From assembly GCA_965230895.1 (NCBI GenBank), contig OZ246394.1, positions 249,316 to 313,315 on the forward strand: a stretch of 64,000 nucleotides of DNA. Reading direction: 5' to 3'. Below, one piece after another: positions 26,560 through 36,147 of the stretch. This stretch comes from an uncultured Gammaproteobacteria bacterium (GTDB lineage Bacteria; Patescibacteriota; Microgenomatia; Levybacterales; UBA12049). The notes beneath the pieces were generated by a model. The model did no database searches and had not been told where the DNA came from. It was given only the letters and a program-made list of their open reading frames with translations. A program made the translations under genes and the position numbers. How positions within the stretch are numbered: the stretch's first letter is position 1; each line of letters starts with the position of its first letter.

Positions 26560-27093
26560 TTACATTATATTATTAAACATAAATCCAATCATTGTTGGAG
26601 CATCAAAAATTTTACTCTTCTTGATCATATCCTGTATTTTCTTAGGCTCCACATATATAATGTCAATATCTGACTCAGAATCATCGAAATTGACCGAGTC
26701 TATCGATTGAGGTTTAGCGGCTATGAAGTGGCATACTTGTGAAGTTGCTCCTTTATTAAGCATACATTTGCCAAGATAAGTTATCTCATCTGGTTGTGCA
26801 ATAAGTCCTGTCTCTTCTTTTAATTCACGAATACCTGCTGTAGTAACATCTTCCCCTTCATGAAGTAAACCCATTGGAAATTCAGTCATACGTGCGTTTG
26901 CAAGATATCTATATTGCTCAATAAGGACATATTTATTTTTATAAACAGGAACAATTACTACAATATCATTCTTCTTATAGTGCTCATAAACACCTTCTTT
27001 ACCATTTGGAAAAACTATCTCATCGCGGAAAACTTGCATGTGTTTTCCTTTATAACACTGTTCTGAAGATATACGTTTATATTCACCTCGCAT
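26560..27093 (-). CDS. Nudix hydrolase
   Basis: GLLHEGEDVTTAGIRELKEETGL is a clear Nudix box (Gx5Ex7REUxEExGU). Confidence 0.8.
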   Translation of the reverse strand: MRGEYKRISSEQCYKGKHMQVFRDEIVFPNGKEGVYEHYKKNDIVVIVPVYKNKYVLIEQYRYLANARMTEFPMGLLHEGEDVTTAGIRELKEETGLIAQPDEITYLGKCMLNKGATSQVCHFIAAKPQSIDSVNFDDSESDIDIIYVEPKKIQDMIKKSKIFDAPTMIGFMFNNIM

Positions 27094-27102
27094 AGTTCAC
27101 GA

Positions 27103-28176
27103 TTAATTAATTTTTACATATGGACTGGCAGCATACCGTTTGCGTCCTTCTGTATTTAGCTCTCTAACCATTGTACCAGATATGTTATATCTTGGAGTAG
27201 GAAGTACAATTATTTCACTATCGAATTCTCTGCCGACTGTTTCTATAGCATCACCTACATCTAATGGATCAGCATCTCCTCGTACAGACAAAAATATAGC
27301 ATTTCCGCTATTAATTAAGTAATTAGAAACAGGATCATCTTCTCTCGCTTTGGCTATACGAGATAACAATGTATCACTCCCCATTACATGACGACCTCTT
27401 CCTTGAGAATCCATGCTTGCAACTAATTGTCTATACTCTATAACTTCTTCTACTTCTGTTAAATCACTTGGAATACCAAGCACAGTCACTCTTTCATGAT
27501 CTGCAAATCCTCTGACAAGATTATCTACTCTATCTGAAAAATTATCGCCAATAGATTTTTCAGTAGATCTTGTGATAGTACTAACCATAACTCTTCGGTC
27601 TTTTATGCCTTTATTCAATAAAACTCCTTCTACTTGTTCTGCGACTTCCGCATGTCCTACATGAGGAAATGGATTAAATGAACCTGGATATTGAGCAATT
27701 GTAACATTATCAGAACTAAGAAGCCCTTCTGCATGCCCTACTGTAAGAATCTGGCCTAATCTTGTTAAATCTCTTTCACCTGTACAAAATCCCATATTTT
27801 TCCTGTTAGCAGCTAAAAAATCTGCTACAACTTCAGGATCTCCAACTTCTGCAACATCCTCAAATTGATTTAAGAAGCTATGTGCTCGAGCTTCTGCCAT
27901 AGTGCTAAATTCGCTTCTCGGAGTTTCAGAGTCAAACTCAGATCCTCCTTTATAAGAACCTAACACTCTTCCAACTCGACCAAGTCTTTCTCCTGAACAG
28001 ATTTCTAATATATCTAAAGGTTTTTGTCCAGTACGAGCAACTCGTATTTCTTCGCCCAATAAAGTTCCCATAGGGACAGAACTTGAATCTGTTGTTAAAG
28101 GGGTGTGTAAGCGGTTTATTGATTGAAGGAAACCAATCTTATTTCTATATACTGATGCATCTGCTTCGGATCTCAT
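27103..28176 (-). CDS. nucleotidyltransferase of the HxGH cytidylyltransferase-like superfamily (PPAT/NadD-like C-terminal domain) with about 165-aa N-terminal domain of unknown function
   Basis: YPGSFNPFPHVGH (T/HxGH motif) and C-terminal ISGTMVRE (ISxTxxR motif). Confidence 0.6.
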   Translation of the reverse strand: MRSEADASVYRNKIGFLQSINRLHTPLTTDSSSVPMGTLLGEEIRVARTGQKPLDILEICSGERLGRVGRVLGSYKGGSEFDSETPRSEFSTMAEARAHSFLNQFEDVAEVGDPEVVADFLAANRKNMGFCTGERDLTRLGQILTVGHAEGLLSSDNVTIAQYPGSFNPFPHVGHAEVAEQVEGVLLNKGIKDRRVMVSTITRSTEKSIGDNFSDRVDNLVRGFADHERVTVLGIPSDLTEVEEVIEYRQLVASMDSQGRGRHVMGSDTLLSRIAKAREDDPVSNYLINSGNAIFLSVRGDADPLDVGDAIETVGREFDSEIIVLPTPRYNISGTMVRELNTEGRKRYAASPYVKIN

Positions 28177-28203
28177 ACTATATTATTGAGCAGGTTGTTA
28201 ATT

Positions 28204-29115
28204 TTAATCTATATAGCTCGGTAAAGCAATTTTGCCAAAAATTCTTTCAGACATTTGATTTAATTGTTTATAACTTTTAATTACTCCTGCTTCATTTAAT
28301 GAATGTAATACCTTATATGTATCATCATGGTTTGGAAGAATATATCGAAATCCTTTGTTATCAATTTCTTTGTGTATCCCTTTATATTTTTTGTCTACTG
28401 AAACGGGATAGAGGTCTGTTTTTTGTTTTTTAGCTATATCTTGAAACATAACCATGCTCGGATTAAACTCAATTTCTAATCTATTGCAAATCTTTTGAAT
28501 TACATTCTCTACACCTCCATCTGGATGTTCAAAAACTTTCATAACTACCATGCTTGTATCAATTCCTTGATCTTGTGCACTGATTATTGTCCCCAAAAAA
28601 CAATTATATGCTGCGATTAGATTCTTTAAAGCTAATTGTCCATATTTTTTATAAGCTTCATCCAGTGTTTTGGGATCTCTCGTTATCATCCAATATTTAA
28701 GCCAACCATTATAAATAGCAAGAGGATCTCTTGTTATTCCTAGTATCTTTGTTTTTTTTATAAATTCAGCCTCTGATACTCCTGCGTGTTCCGCCGCTAG
28801 CTGCAAAACACGGGTTGGATAGTGAACAATCATAGAGGGGGTTATTGGACCATATGTTTCTTTTAAAAATACTGATTTACCATTGCCAGGCATTTGGATA
28901 GTAATAGGTTCTTTGCCTTGATCCGTGGGGTATGCAATTGCATTTCTTAATACATCTTCACCAAATGCATCAAAACTAGATGAACATGATAGAACTTTAC
29001 TCATGGCGGTAGTTCCTCCTCTTCCTACGCCAAGCGTAATTATCATATTTGGATAACCATTGGGAAAGTGAATGTATTTCGCATAATCTTCAGGTTTCAG
29101 AAATTCTTTTTTCAT
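28204..29115 (-). CDS. PAPS-dependent sulfotransferase
   Basis: 5'-PSB-like P-loop ITLGVGRGGTTAM and 3'-PB-like LGITRDPLAIYNGW (RDP) motifs in correct order and spacing. Confidence 0.7.
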   Translation of the reverse strand: MKKEFLKPEDYAKYIHFPNGYPNMIITLGVGRGGTTAMSKVLSCSSSFDAFGEDVLRNAIAYPTDQGKEPITIQMPGNGKSVFLKETYGPITPSMIVHYPTRVLQLAAEHAGVSEAEFIKKTKILGITRDPLAIYNGWLKYWMITRDPKTLDEAYKKYGQLALKNLIAAYNCFLGTIISAQDQGIDTSMVVMKVFEHPDGGVENVIQKICNRLEIEFNPSMVMFQDIAKKQKTDLYPVSVDKKYKGIHKEIDNKGFRYILPNHDDTYKVLHSLNEAGVIKSYKQLNQMSERIFGKIALPSYID

Positions 29116-29172
29116 ATTCTAGGAGGCTGCAAAGTCTCGACAATTATATCATAATAATCTACAATTGCTTTT

Positions 29173-30903
29173 ATGAGAAATTCAAAAAAATCTGTGTCTC
29201 CAGCCCATGGTGGACTATTAAAGAACTTAATGGTTAAGGATAAAAAGCGTAAAGAAGAAATTTTGCAAAAGCTTCCAAATATTCCTCGTCTTAATCTAAG
29301 CATTAGACAATTATGTGATCTAGAACTTCTTATGAATGGCGGATTTTCTCCACTGGAAGGGTTTATGAGAAAAGAAGATTATGAGAGTGTTGTCTATAAT
29401 ATGCGGCTAAATGATGGAACATTGTGGCCAATCCCAGTAGTACTTGATGTAAATGATATTAAAAGTTACAAGCTAGGATCAGAATTACTATTATGCGATC
29501 AATATGGAAAACCACTAGCACTATTTACAATTAGTTCAATCTATGAACCTTCAAAAAGAATAGAAGCAGAAAATGTTTACGGTACAACAGATACAACTCA
29601 CTTTGGAGTAAATCAGTTGGTGGAACATACTGGAAATTTTTATTTAGGAGGGAAAGTAGAAGGTATTAATACTATTGATCATTACGATTTTACAGAAGTT
29701 AGGTTTACTCCTGAACAAATATATAAGTTGCTCAAGGAGGATAAAAATGACAAATTAATAGGATTTCAAACAAGAAATCCATTACACAAAGCCCATTATA
29801 CTATGATTCAGAAAGCTGCTGAAAAATACAAAGCAAAAGTATTAATCCATCCATCCGTTGGTATGACAAAAACTGACGACATTGACTATATTACTCGGAC
29901 TAAATCATATAAATTATTGCATAAGAATTATGCAAAGAATTTCTCATTCTTAAGTCTTTTACCTTTAGCTATGCGTATGGCGGGGCCAAGAGAAGCCTTA
30001 TGGCATGCCATTATACGAAAGAATTATGGTTGTACTCATTTTATTATAGGTAGAGATCATGCAGGTCCAGGTAAGGATAAAAATGGTACTCCTTTTTACG
30101 GAGTCTACGAAGCTCAAGAATTAGTCAAAAAATATTCTAAGGAATTAGATATTATTCCTATTTTTGTTAATGAAATGGTTTATGTTGAAGAGGCAAATGA
30201 ATATATGCAGGAAGACCAAGTTAATGAAACACACACTATTAAGAAAATTTCTGGAACTAGGTTTAGAGAAATGATTCAAAATGATGAACAAATTCCTGAA
30301 TGGTTCTCTTTCCCGGAAATAATAGCTGAGATTAAAAGAGGTGTTACTAGACAGAGAAAAGATGGTTTAACAATATTCTTTACAGGTCTTCCAAGTGCAG
30401 GTAAATCAACGATTGCTCTAAATCTCTATTATCATTTACTCGAGATTCAAGATAAAAACATTACTCTATTGGATGGTGATATTGTAAGAAACAATTTGTC
30501 GAAAGGATTAGGCTTCAGTAAAGAGGATCGAGATGCAAACATAGCACGTATTGGTTTTGTCGCAAATGAGATTACGAAGCATAGAGGAATCGCTATTTGC
30601 TCCGCAATTGCACCTTTCGAGCAAGCACGACAGTTGAATCGAAAGCTAATAAATTCAAATGGAAACTATGTAGAAGTCTATATATCAACTCCAGCAGAAA
30701 TATGTCAACAAAGAGATGTTAAAGGTTTATATAAAATGGCTTCTATGGGGAAAATTAAAGGCTTAACTGGAGTTGATGATTCTTATGAGGTACCTTCAAA
30801 TCCAGAAATGACAATAAATACTGAAAAAAGGACTCCTGAAGAATGTGTTGAAGAGATTATTAACTATCTTCTCAAAAAAAGACTTATACATGTAACTAAA
30901 TGA
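29173..30903 (+). CDS. bifunctional sulfate adenylyltransferase / adenylylsulfate (APS) kinase (PAPS synthase)
   Basis: N-terminal ATP sulfurylase motifs FQTRNPLHKAHYTM and HFIIGRDHAGPG. C-terminal APS kinase P-loop FFTGLPSAGKSTIA and ...RDANIARIGFVANE... Confidence 0.85.
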   Translation: MRNSKKSVSPAHGGLLKNLMVKDKKRKEEILQKLPNIPRLNLSIRQLCDLELLMNGGFSPLEGFMRKEDYESVVYNMRLNDGTLWPIPVVLDVNDIKSYKLGSELLLCDQYGKPLALFTISSIYEPSKRIEAENVYGTTDTTHFGVNQLVEHTGNFYLGGKVEGINTIDHYDFTEVRFTPEQIYKLLKEDKNDKLIGFQTRNPLHKAHYTMIQKAAEKYKAKVLIHPSVGMTKTDDIDYITRTKSYKLLHKNYAKNFSFLSLLPLAMRMAGPREALWHAIIRKNYGCTHFIIGRDHAGPGKDKNGTPFYGVYEAQELVKKYSKELDIIPIFVNEMVYVEEANEYMQEDQVNETHTIKKISGTRFREMIQNDEQIPEWFSFPEIIAEIKRGVTRQRKDGLTIFFTGLPSAGKSTIALNLYYHLLEIQDKNITLLDGDIVRNNLSKGLGFSKEDRDANIARIGFVANEITKHRGIAICSAIAPFEQARQLNRKLINSNGNYVEVYISTPAEICQQRDVKGLYKMASMGKIKGLTGVDDSYEVPSNPEMTINTEKRTPEECVEEIINYLLKKRLIHVTK

Positions 30904-31913
30904 AAATGTATCCAGAAGCCACGAGTATTTTTGAGTATATAAAAAAATCAGAAAATATCGTGATAAATATGCATCGTAATCCAGATCTAGACTCAGTTGG
31001 TAGTGCAAGTTCAATGTGTGAACTCTTACGGACGATGGGTAAGAAGGTAACTCTCATTTGTCCTCATAAACTAAGTAGTAAATTCTTCTTCATAAAACAT
31101 GCTCGATCTGTACTCCAAATAGACTATGCGGATTTTGATTTCACTCCTTATGACTTATTCATCTTAATTGATACAGCTAATTTCTATGTAGCATCTGATA
31201 AGCGAGATCTAACTTGGGCAAGTAAACTTACAGTACCTACTATGGTTTTAGATCATCACAAGACCAATTCAATTAAATCTACTTTTAAATTGATTGATGA
31301 GCAAGCAAATGCAGCTGGAGAAATTCTCTATTATTTGTTTGAACAATGGAAGGTTTCTTTTAATTGTGAGATTGCAACAGCTTTATATGCTTCAATTATT
31401 GGCGATACTGTTTTCTTACGCTATAAAAATAATCCGGAAAACTTATATAAAGTACTTGCTCATTTAATAGAATTAGGAGCTGATGAAAAATTAGTATTAA
31501 GCCAGTACTATGATTTCTTTTCACTTGAACATATTCAAATGTTTGGAGAGTTCTTAAAACATTTTGAGATAAATTCAACAGAAACATTCGCTTGGACAGC
31601 CCTTAATTATGAAACATATGTGCATTACAAAAAGCCTCTAGGAATACGTGAAGCTATAGCGGATGACTATGGTAGAGCTATCGGTAAAAGCAAGTTTGGG
31701 TTAGTCCTCCTTGAAGAGGAACCTGGAAAAGTTATGATGAGTTTTCGTTCATCGAAAGTAGACGTTTCTCAAGTGGCAAAGTTATTTAATGGAGGCGGGC
31801 ATGCTCATGCTGCTGGAGCCGTTATCTATGGAGATTTTGACAAAACTGTTAATAAAATTCTGAATGTAATCGAAAAATTTTTAGCTGAGAGAAGTAATAT
31901 TATTGACATCTAA
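30900..31913 (+). CDS. DHH/DHHA1 phosphoesterase, NrnA-like (candidate 3'-phosphoadenosine-5'-phosphate phosphatase / nanoRNase)
   Basis: DHH motif (MVLDHHKTN) and DHHA1 GGGHAHAAGA. Start overlaps the PAPS synthase stop (ATGA). Confidence 0.75.
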   Translation: MKMYPEATSIFEYIKKSENIVINMHRNPDLDSVGSASSMCELLRTMGKKVTLICPHKLSSKFFFIKHARSVLQIDYADFDFTPYDLFILIDTANFYVASDKRDLTWASKLTVPTMVLDHHKTNSIKSTFKLIDEQANAAGEILYYLFEQWKVSFNCEIATALYASIIGDTVFLRYKNNPENLYKVLAHLIELGADEKLVLSQYYDFFSLEHIQMFGEFLKHFEINSTETFAWTALNYETYVHYKKPLGIREAIADDYGRAIGKSKFGLVLLEEEPGKVMMSFRSSKVDVSQVAKLFNGGGHAHAAGAVIYGDFDKTVNKILNVIEKFLAERSNIIDI

Positions 31914-31971
31914 TATGCAATCTCTTAAATTAGTAATGATCCCCTACTTATAGCAATTTCTTGTGAACAAA

Positions 31972-33603
31972 ATGCTTAATCAAAACGCAGTAGCAGTAAT
32001 GCGGGTTTCCTCACAGAAGTAGGGCTTTGATGGTGATTCTATTGAGCACCAAAGAGTTCAGATTGAACTTTATGCTTCAACTCGCAACATCACGATTAAA
32101 AAATATTTCATATTAATAGAGTCAGCTGCGAAAGAACAACAACCAACACAAGAGGCTATCGAGTATTGCACAAATAAAAAGAATAACATTCAGCTTCTTA
32201 TTATTAAATCTATTGATAGATTTACTCGTGGAGGAGCCTACTTCTATGAGGATATGAAAGCGAAGCTAACAAAACATCGTGTGCAGTTAGTTGATCTCTA
32301 TGGTGTGATTAACAATCAAGAGGTTAATACGCTTGAGCATCTGGGAGTGAAGTATTCATGGAGCGTCTATAATCCAAGTAAAAAATCAGAGATCCTTGAA
32401 GCAGAACGTGGTAAGGATGAGCTACGAGATATCCTATCTCGCATGATTGGTTCTGAAGTTCGTTATACACGTTTGGGATATCGTGTTCGACAAGCACCTT
32501 TTGGATATCAGAATCAACGAATAGAAACTATACATGGAAAGCGGTTTATCCTCGTACCTCATCCAATAGAATCAGTATGGGTAAAACGAATGTTTGAATT
32601 AAAAGTTCAATCGCTTTATTCAGATCAAGAAATCGTTAAGCAAATCAATCTCATGGGTTTTAGAACAAGAAAAGTATATTTCCGTGACCCTAGAAATAAG
32701 GCACGAGCAATTGGTATAAAAGGTGGCAATCAACTAAATTTGACAAGTTTTGATAAATTCCTGCGTAATCCTATCTATACAGGGATTACTGTAGAAGTAT
32801 GGACATTGCAGAAACCTATCAAATGTCAATTTGAAGGTTTAGTTTCGATAGAAACATTTAATAAAGCAAATGCAGGGAAAGTAATGATTTTTGAAGAAAA
32901 TGGAGAATTACAAATATTAAAGGGTAAGGTTCTTAAGAAAAGAATAGTTGAAACAGCTATAAGTGTGAGATATCCTTATCGAAAGTTGGTATTGTGTAGT
33001 AATGGAAGACATCCCTTCTATGGGAGTGCTTCTCGTGGTAGAGGAAACGGTTATTTCCCTGCATATCATTGTGATACTAAAAGAAGAGCTCATTATATTC
33101 GAATTCCTGTTAAAAGATTTCATGCAGCTATTATTGACTACTTACAGAGCGTGCGCATAAAGGATGAGGCAATAGAGGAATTCCATAAAACTCTTTCCGA
33201 AAGACAGAATCTTAAGATGCATGATTCTACGTTTCAAACTACTGCAATTAAGCAAAGAGTATTGCAGATTGAAAAAGAGATTTTCCTTCTTATAGACAAA
33301 ATAAAGATGTTACATTCAGTAGTAGCACTACAAGCGCTTGAAATAGATATAGAAAAGCTGAGAGTAGAAAAAGAAGAATTACTAAAGAAGGAAAAAATGG
33401 TTGCTTTACAAAAGAAAAAAGATAATATAGCGAATAATGTTGTAGTGAGTACTCTAGACAGAATACCTGAAGATGTTATTAATGATCATAACGAAATGCT
33501 TAAAAAACAGCTTTTTGAGATGCTATTTGAAGAACTGCCGAGTTATGATGATCTTTTAAATAAAACAGCCCTTTTAAGGCCAGGATTTGAGCTAGCCTTA
33601 TAG
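31972..33603 (+). pseudogene. large serine recombinase gene interrupted by an in-frame TAG at codon 17 (position of the conserved catalytic-motif Gln)
   Basis: MLNQNAVAVMRVSSQK-TAG-GFDGDSIEHQ... aligns with IRVSSEEQVDNFSLGTQ of the intact paralog. The same frame continues 94 codons to the ATG of the 449-aa ORF (32254-33603), which carries recombinase-domain and coiled-coil regions but lacks the catalytic Ser. Confidence 0.7.
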
Positions 33604-33618
33604 GGATCGAAGCTTGAA

Positions 33619-33879
33619 TCATTTATCTTTTTTAAGATTCTTTGCTACTTTCTGCATTGCATCAACAACTTTTTCAGCATATCCTTCCGTAGCATTTCTT
33701 GGATCACGTTCTGTAAGTACTTTAAGCACTGTTTCCAGTACTTTCTGTCTATTATTTCCACTTGCTACCTCTTCAAAAACAGAAGGAGAAATATGCTTTA
33801 AAAAATCTTTATAACTACTTGCCTCCATATACTTCTTTAGCTCTTCCAAACTAATATCTGTGCTTTTTATTTTCATCAT
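33619..33879 (-). CDS. hypothetical protein (86 aa)
   Basis: Helical, Lys-rich; divergent from the XRE gene. Confidence 0.4.
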   Translation of the reverse strand: MMKIKSTDISLEELKKYMEASSYKDFLKHISPSVFEEVASGNNRQKVLETVLKVLTERDPRNATEGYAEKVVDAMQKVAKNLKKDK

Positions 33880-33953
33880 GGTGATTCTATCACAAAATTC
33901 AGTATTTTAAGCACACATAACCAAAAAGATGTATAATATCTGAAGAAGATATT

Positions 33954-34154
33954 ATGGATTTTTATAACAATATTGGCAAACTTTTTAGAGAAACTCGCGA
34001 AAAAGCTGGATTAACACAATCTGAAGTAGCTAAAAAAGCAGGGATTCATGTTAATTACTATGCGAGAATAGAACGAGGAGAACCCGAATTTCGGGCTGTA
34101 GTGCTTAACAAGGTGGCTAAAGCACTTAACCTGACCATTACACTACCTCTTTAG
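33954..34154 (+). CDS. XRE-family HTH transcriptional regulator
   Basis: 66 aa. REKAGLTQSEVAKKAGIHVNYYARIERGE. Confidence 0.75.
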   Translation: MDFYNNIGKLFRETREKAGLTQSEVAKKAGIHVNYYARIERGEPEFRAVVLNKVAKALNLTITLPL

Positions 34155-34320
34155 TTTACTGCACGTTTCTTCTTATAATGTCTTTTCGTCTTTGAGTAGC
34201 TTGAACCTTGCGGCAACATTTTGTCATCAGCTACACTTTCTTGATCTTTATAAACAAGGATTAGTTTCCAAATCCAAGGCAAAAAGTGTTCAAAAGAAAA
34301 TGCATCAGGGGCACAGACTT

Positions 34321-36147
34321 CTATTTCTTTAAAGGTAACGAGAAACAGAATGTAGATCCTTTACCTTTTTTACTTTCGACCCAGATTTCTCCCCGATGCC
34401 GTTTAATAATCTCAGCAGAAATATATAATCCCAAACCTAAATTCTTTTTACTTTTTTTATCTCTTTCATTCATCCGGAAGTATTTTTCGAAAATTTCTTT
34501 TTGCTTTCCGCTAGGGATTCCCTCGCCAAAATCCTGGATACAAACTCCAATCCTATTTTTTTCTTTATGCATCGTAATGATAATTTCATCGTTCTTTGGC
34601 GAATATTTAACTGCATTTGTCAATAAATTTAAAATTACCTGACTCAAACGTTCTTGATCGCCAGTAATAATACATTTCTCATGAGGAGTATATTTAATTG
34701 TATGTGTATCTGTAATATATTGAAAATCCTTCACTGTTTGTGTAACTAATCCTTGTAAATCAAATTTACTTTCTCGCAAAGCTAATTTCCCAACTTCAAT
34801 TTTACTTATATCAAGAAAATCTCCTACTAACGTCACAAGCTTCTCAACCTGCGTATTTATATTTTGTAAAAAATAAGTGCTTTTCTCGTCAACATTATTT
34901 GCGAGATGTTTTTGAAGAATCTGAGCATAGGCTTTAATGCTCGTGACTGGAGTTTTTATTTCATGAGCAGCCATACTCAGAAATTCGTCTTTTTGCTTTT
35001 GCTGCTCTTTAATGTCAGTAATATCTTTGAATACTACAAAAACAAGATGCTTCTCATTATCATATACTCGATTCATGACAACTCTGTACCATTTTTGAGA
35101 TTCATCATCAAAATGTTCAAACCGCTTGCGTTTTCCTGTCTGGGCAACTTTGGCATGAAGATCGCACCACCATTGTCTATCATCACGATCGGGGTAAACT
35201 TCTCCTGCGGTTTTTCCTACAAGATTTGTGATGCCAACCTGTTTCTCCCACGCGTCGTTGACGGCTAAGAATCGATAATCGTATGAAAAGCCTTCTTTAT
35301 TAAATAGTGCTTCAATAAGGCAAGCTCCATCTTCAAGAGAGTTAAATAAAGTACGATACTTCTCTTCTGATCTTTGTACGATGCTTTCGGCTTGTACACG
35401 TTCGAGGGCTTGTGCACATTGCCTGCCGAGAGCTTGGATGAATAATCTATCTTCTTCACTAAACTTCTTGCTTGAGGAGAAACTTAAACAAAGTACACCT
35501 ATTATTTTCTTATCTATTACTAGTGGTGCTGCTGCAAAAGATGTATTTTCACTTGCCTGCGCAATTTTAATTGTAAGTGGGTATCGTATCTTTCCTTCCT
35601 CTATCGATTCGATGAAGATAACATTTCCGGTCCGTACTGCATCCGCAAGATGAATTGGCGCTGTAATTGGCATATTATTCCAGTGATTGAGTTCGCGTTT
35701 TTTAAATCCAATAGCATGGAGTATTTTAAGCATCTGCCCAGAATCATCAAGGAGGTATATGAGCCCACTTTGGGCTTGCATTGTTTCCATCCCTTGTTTA
35801 ATAAGTATGTCGGCGATATCCAGAGACGTATGTGCCCCAGAAAGCTCATTAATCAGAAATTGGAATCGAGCTAAGCGTTCAATTGCTCGTTCGAAATCAT
35901 GTTTAAAGAAATCTATACTTGTTCCTTGTGAAAGACTTGGTTGGCTTGTGTCTGTACCCATAAGCTGGAGGACATCATCTCTTTTATATCTTCGATCTCC
36001 CCTCTTACCAAATCTAATCGCTTTTAAAATACCATTTTTATCCCAAAGTCTCAGTGTGTTTGGATGAACCTTTAGAATATTACTTGTTTGTTTAAAAGTG
36101 AGAAGTTCTTCTTGAGGTATATTATAATTTGCCATTTTACTTACCAA
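34321..36147 (-). CDS. sensor histidine kinase with N-terminal MerR/excisionase-type DNA-binding HTH, GAF and PAS domains
   Basis: N-term LLTFKQTSNILKVHPNTLRLWDKNGILKAIRFGKRGDRRY (HTH_17-like). Central GAF/PAS-like segments. HisKA H-box HEIKTPVTSIKAYAQIL. HATPase N/G boxes (LLTNAVKYSP..., DFGEGIP..., GLGLYISAEII). Confidence 0.75.
   Translation of the reverse strand: MVSKMANYNIPQEELLTFKQTSNILKVHPNTLRLWDKNGILKAIRFGKRGDRRYKRDDVLQLMGTDTSQPSLSQGTSIDFFKHDFERAIERLARFQFLINELSGAHTSLDIADILIKQGMETMQAQSGLIYLLDDSGQMLKILHAIGFKKRELNHWNNMPITAPIHLADAVRTGNVIFIESIEEGKIRYPLTIKIAQASENTSFAAAPLVIDKKIIGVLCLSFSSSKKFSEEDRLFIQALGRQCAQALERVQAESIVQRSEEKYRTLFNSLEDGACLIEALFNKEGFSYDYRFLAVNDAWEKQVGITNLVGKTAGEVYPDRDDRQWWCDLHAKVAQTGKRKRFEHFDDESQKWYRVVMNRVYDNEKHLVFVVFKDITDIKEQQKQKDEFLSMAAHEIKTPVTSIKAYAQILQKHLANNVDEKSTYFLQNINTQVEKLVTLVGDFLDISKIEVGKLALRESKFDLQGLVTQTVKDFQYITDTHTIKYTPHEKCIITGDQERLSQVILNLLTNAVKYSPKNDEIIITMHKEKNRIGVCIQDFGEGIPSGKQKEIFEKYFRMNERDKKSKKNLGLGLYISAEIIKRHRGEIWVESKKGKGSTFCFSLPLKK

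Larger units (their letters stand above)
20973..33603. mobile_element. putative tRNA-associated genomic island (integrative element or remnant) bounded by two large serine recombinase genes and carrying an AT-rich sulfation/aaRS-like cargo cluster
   Basis: tRNA array with a 3'-end remnant; recombinase stop overlapping the tRNA 3' end; divergent XRE regulator with operator-like repeats; internal tRNA; second recombinase gene with a nonsense codon at the far end; cargo visibly more AT-rich than the flanks. Exact ends not determined. Confidence 0.4.
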
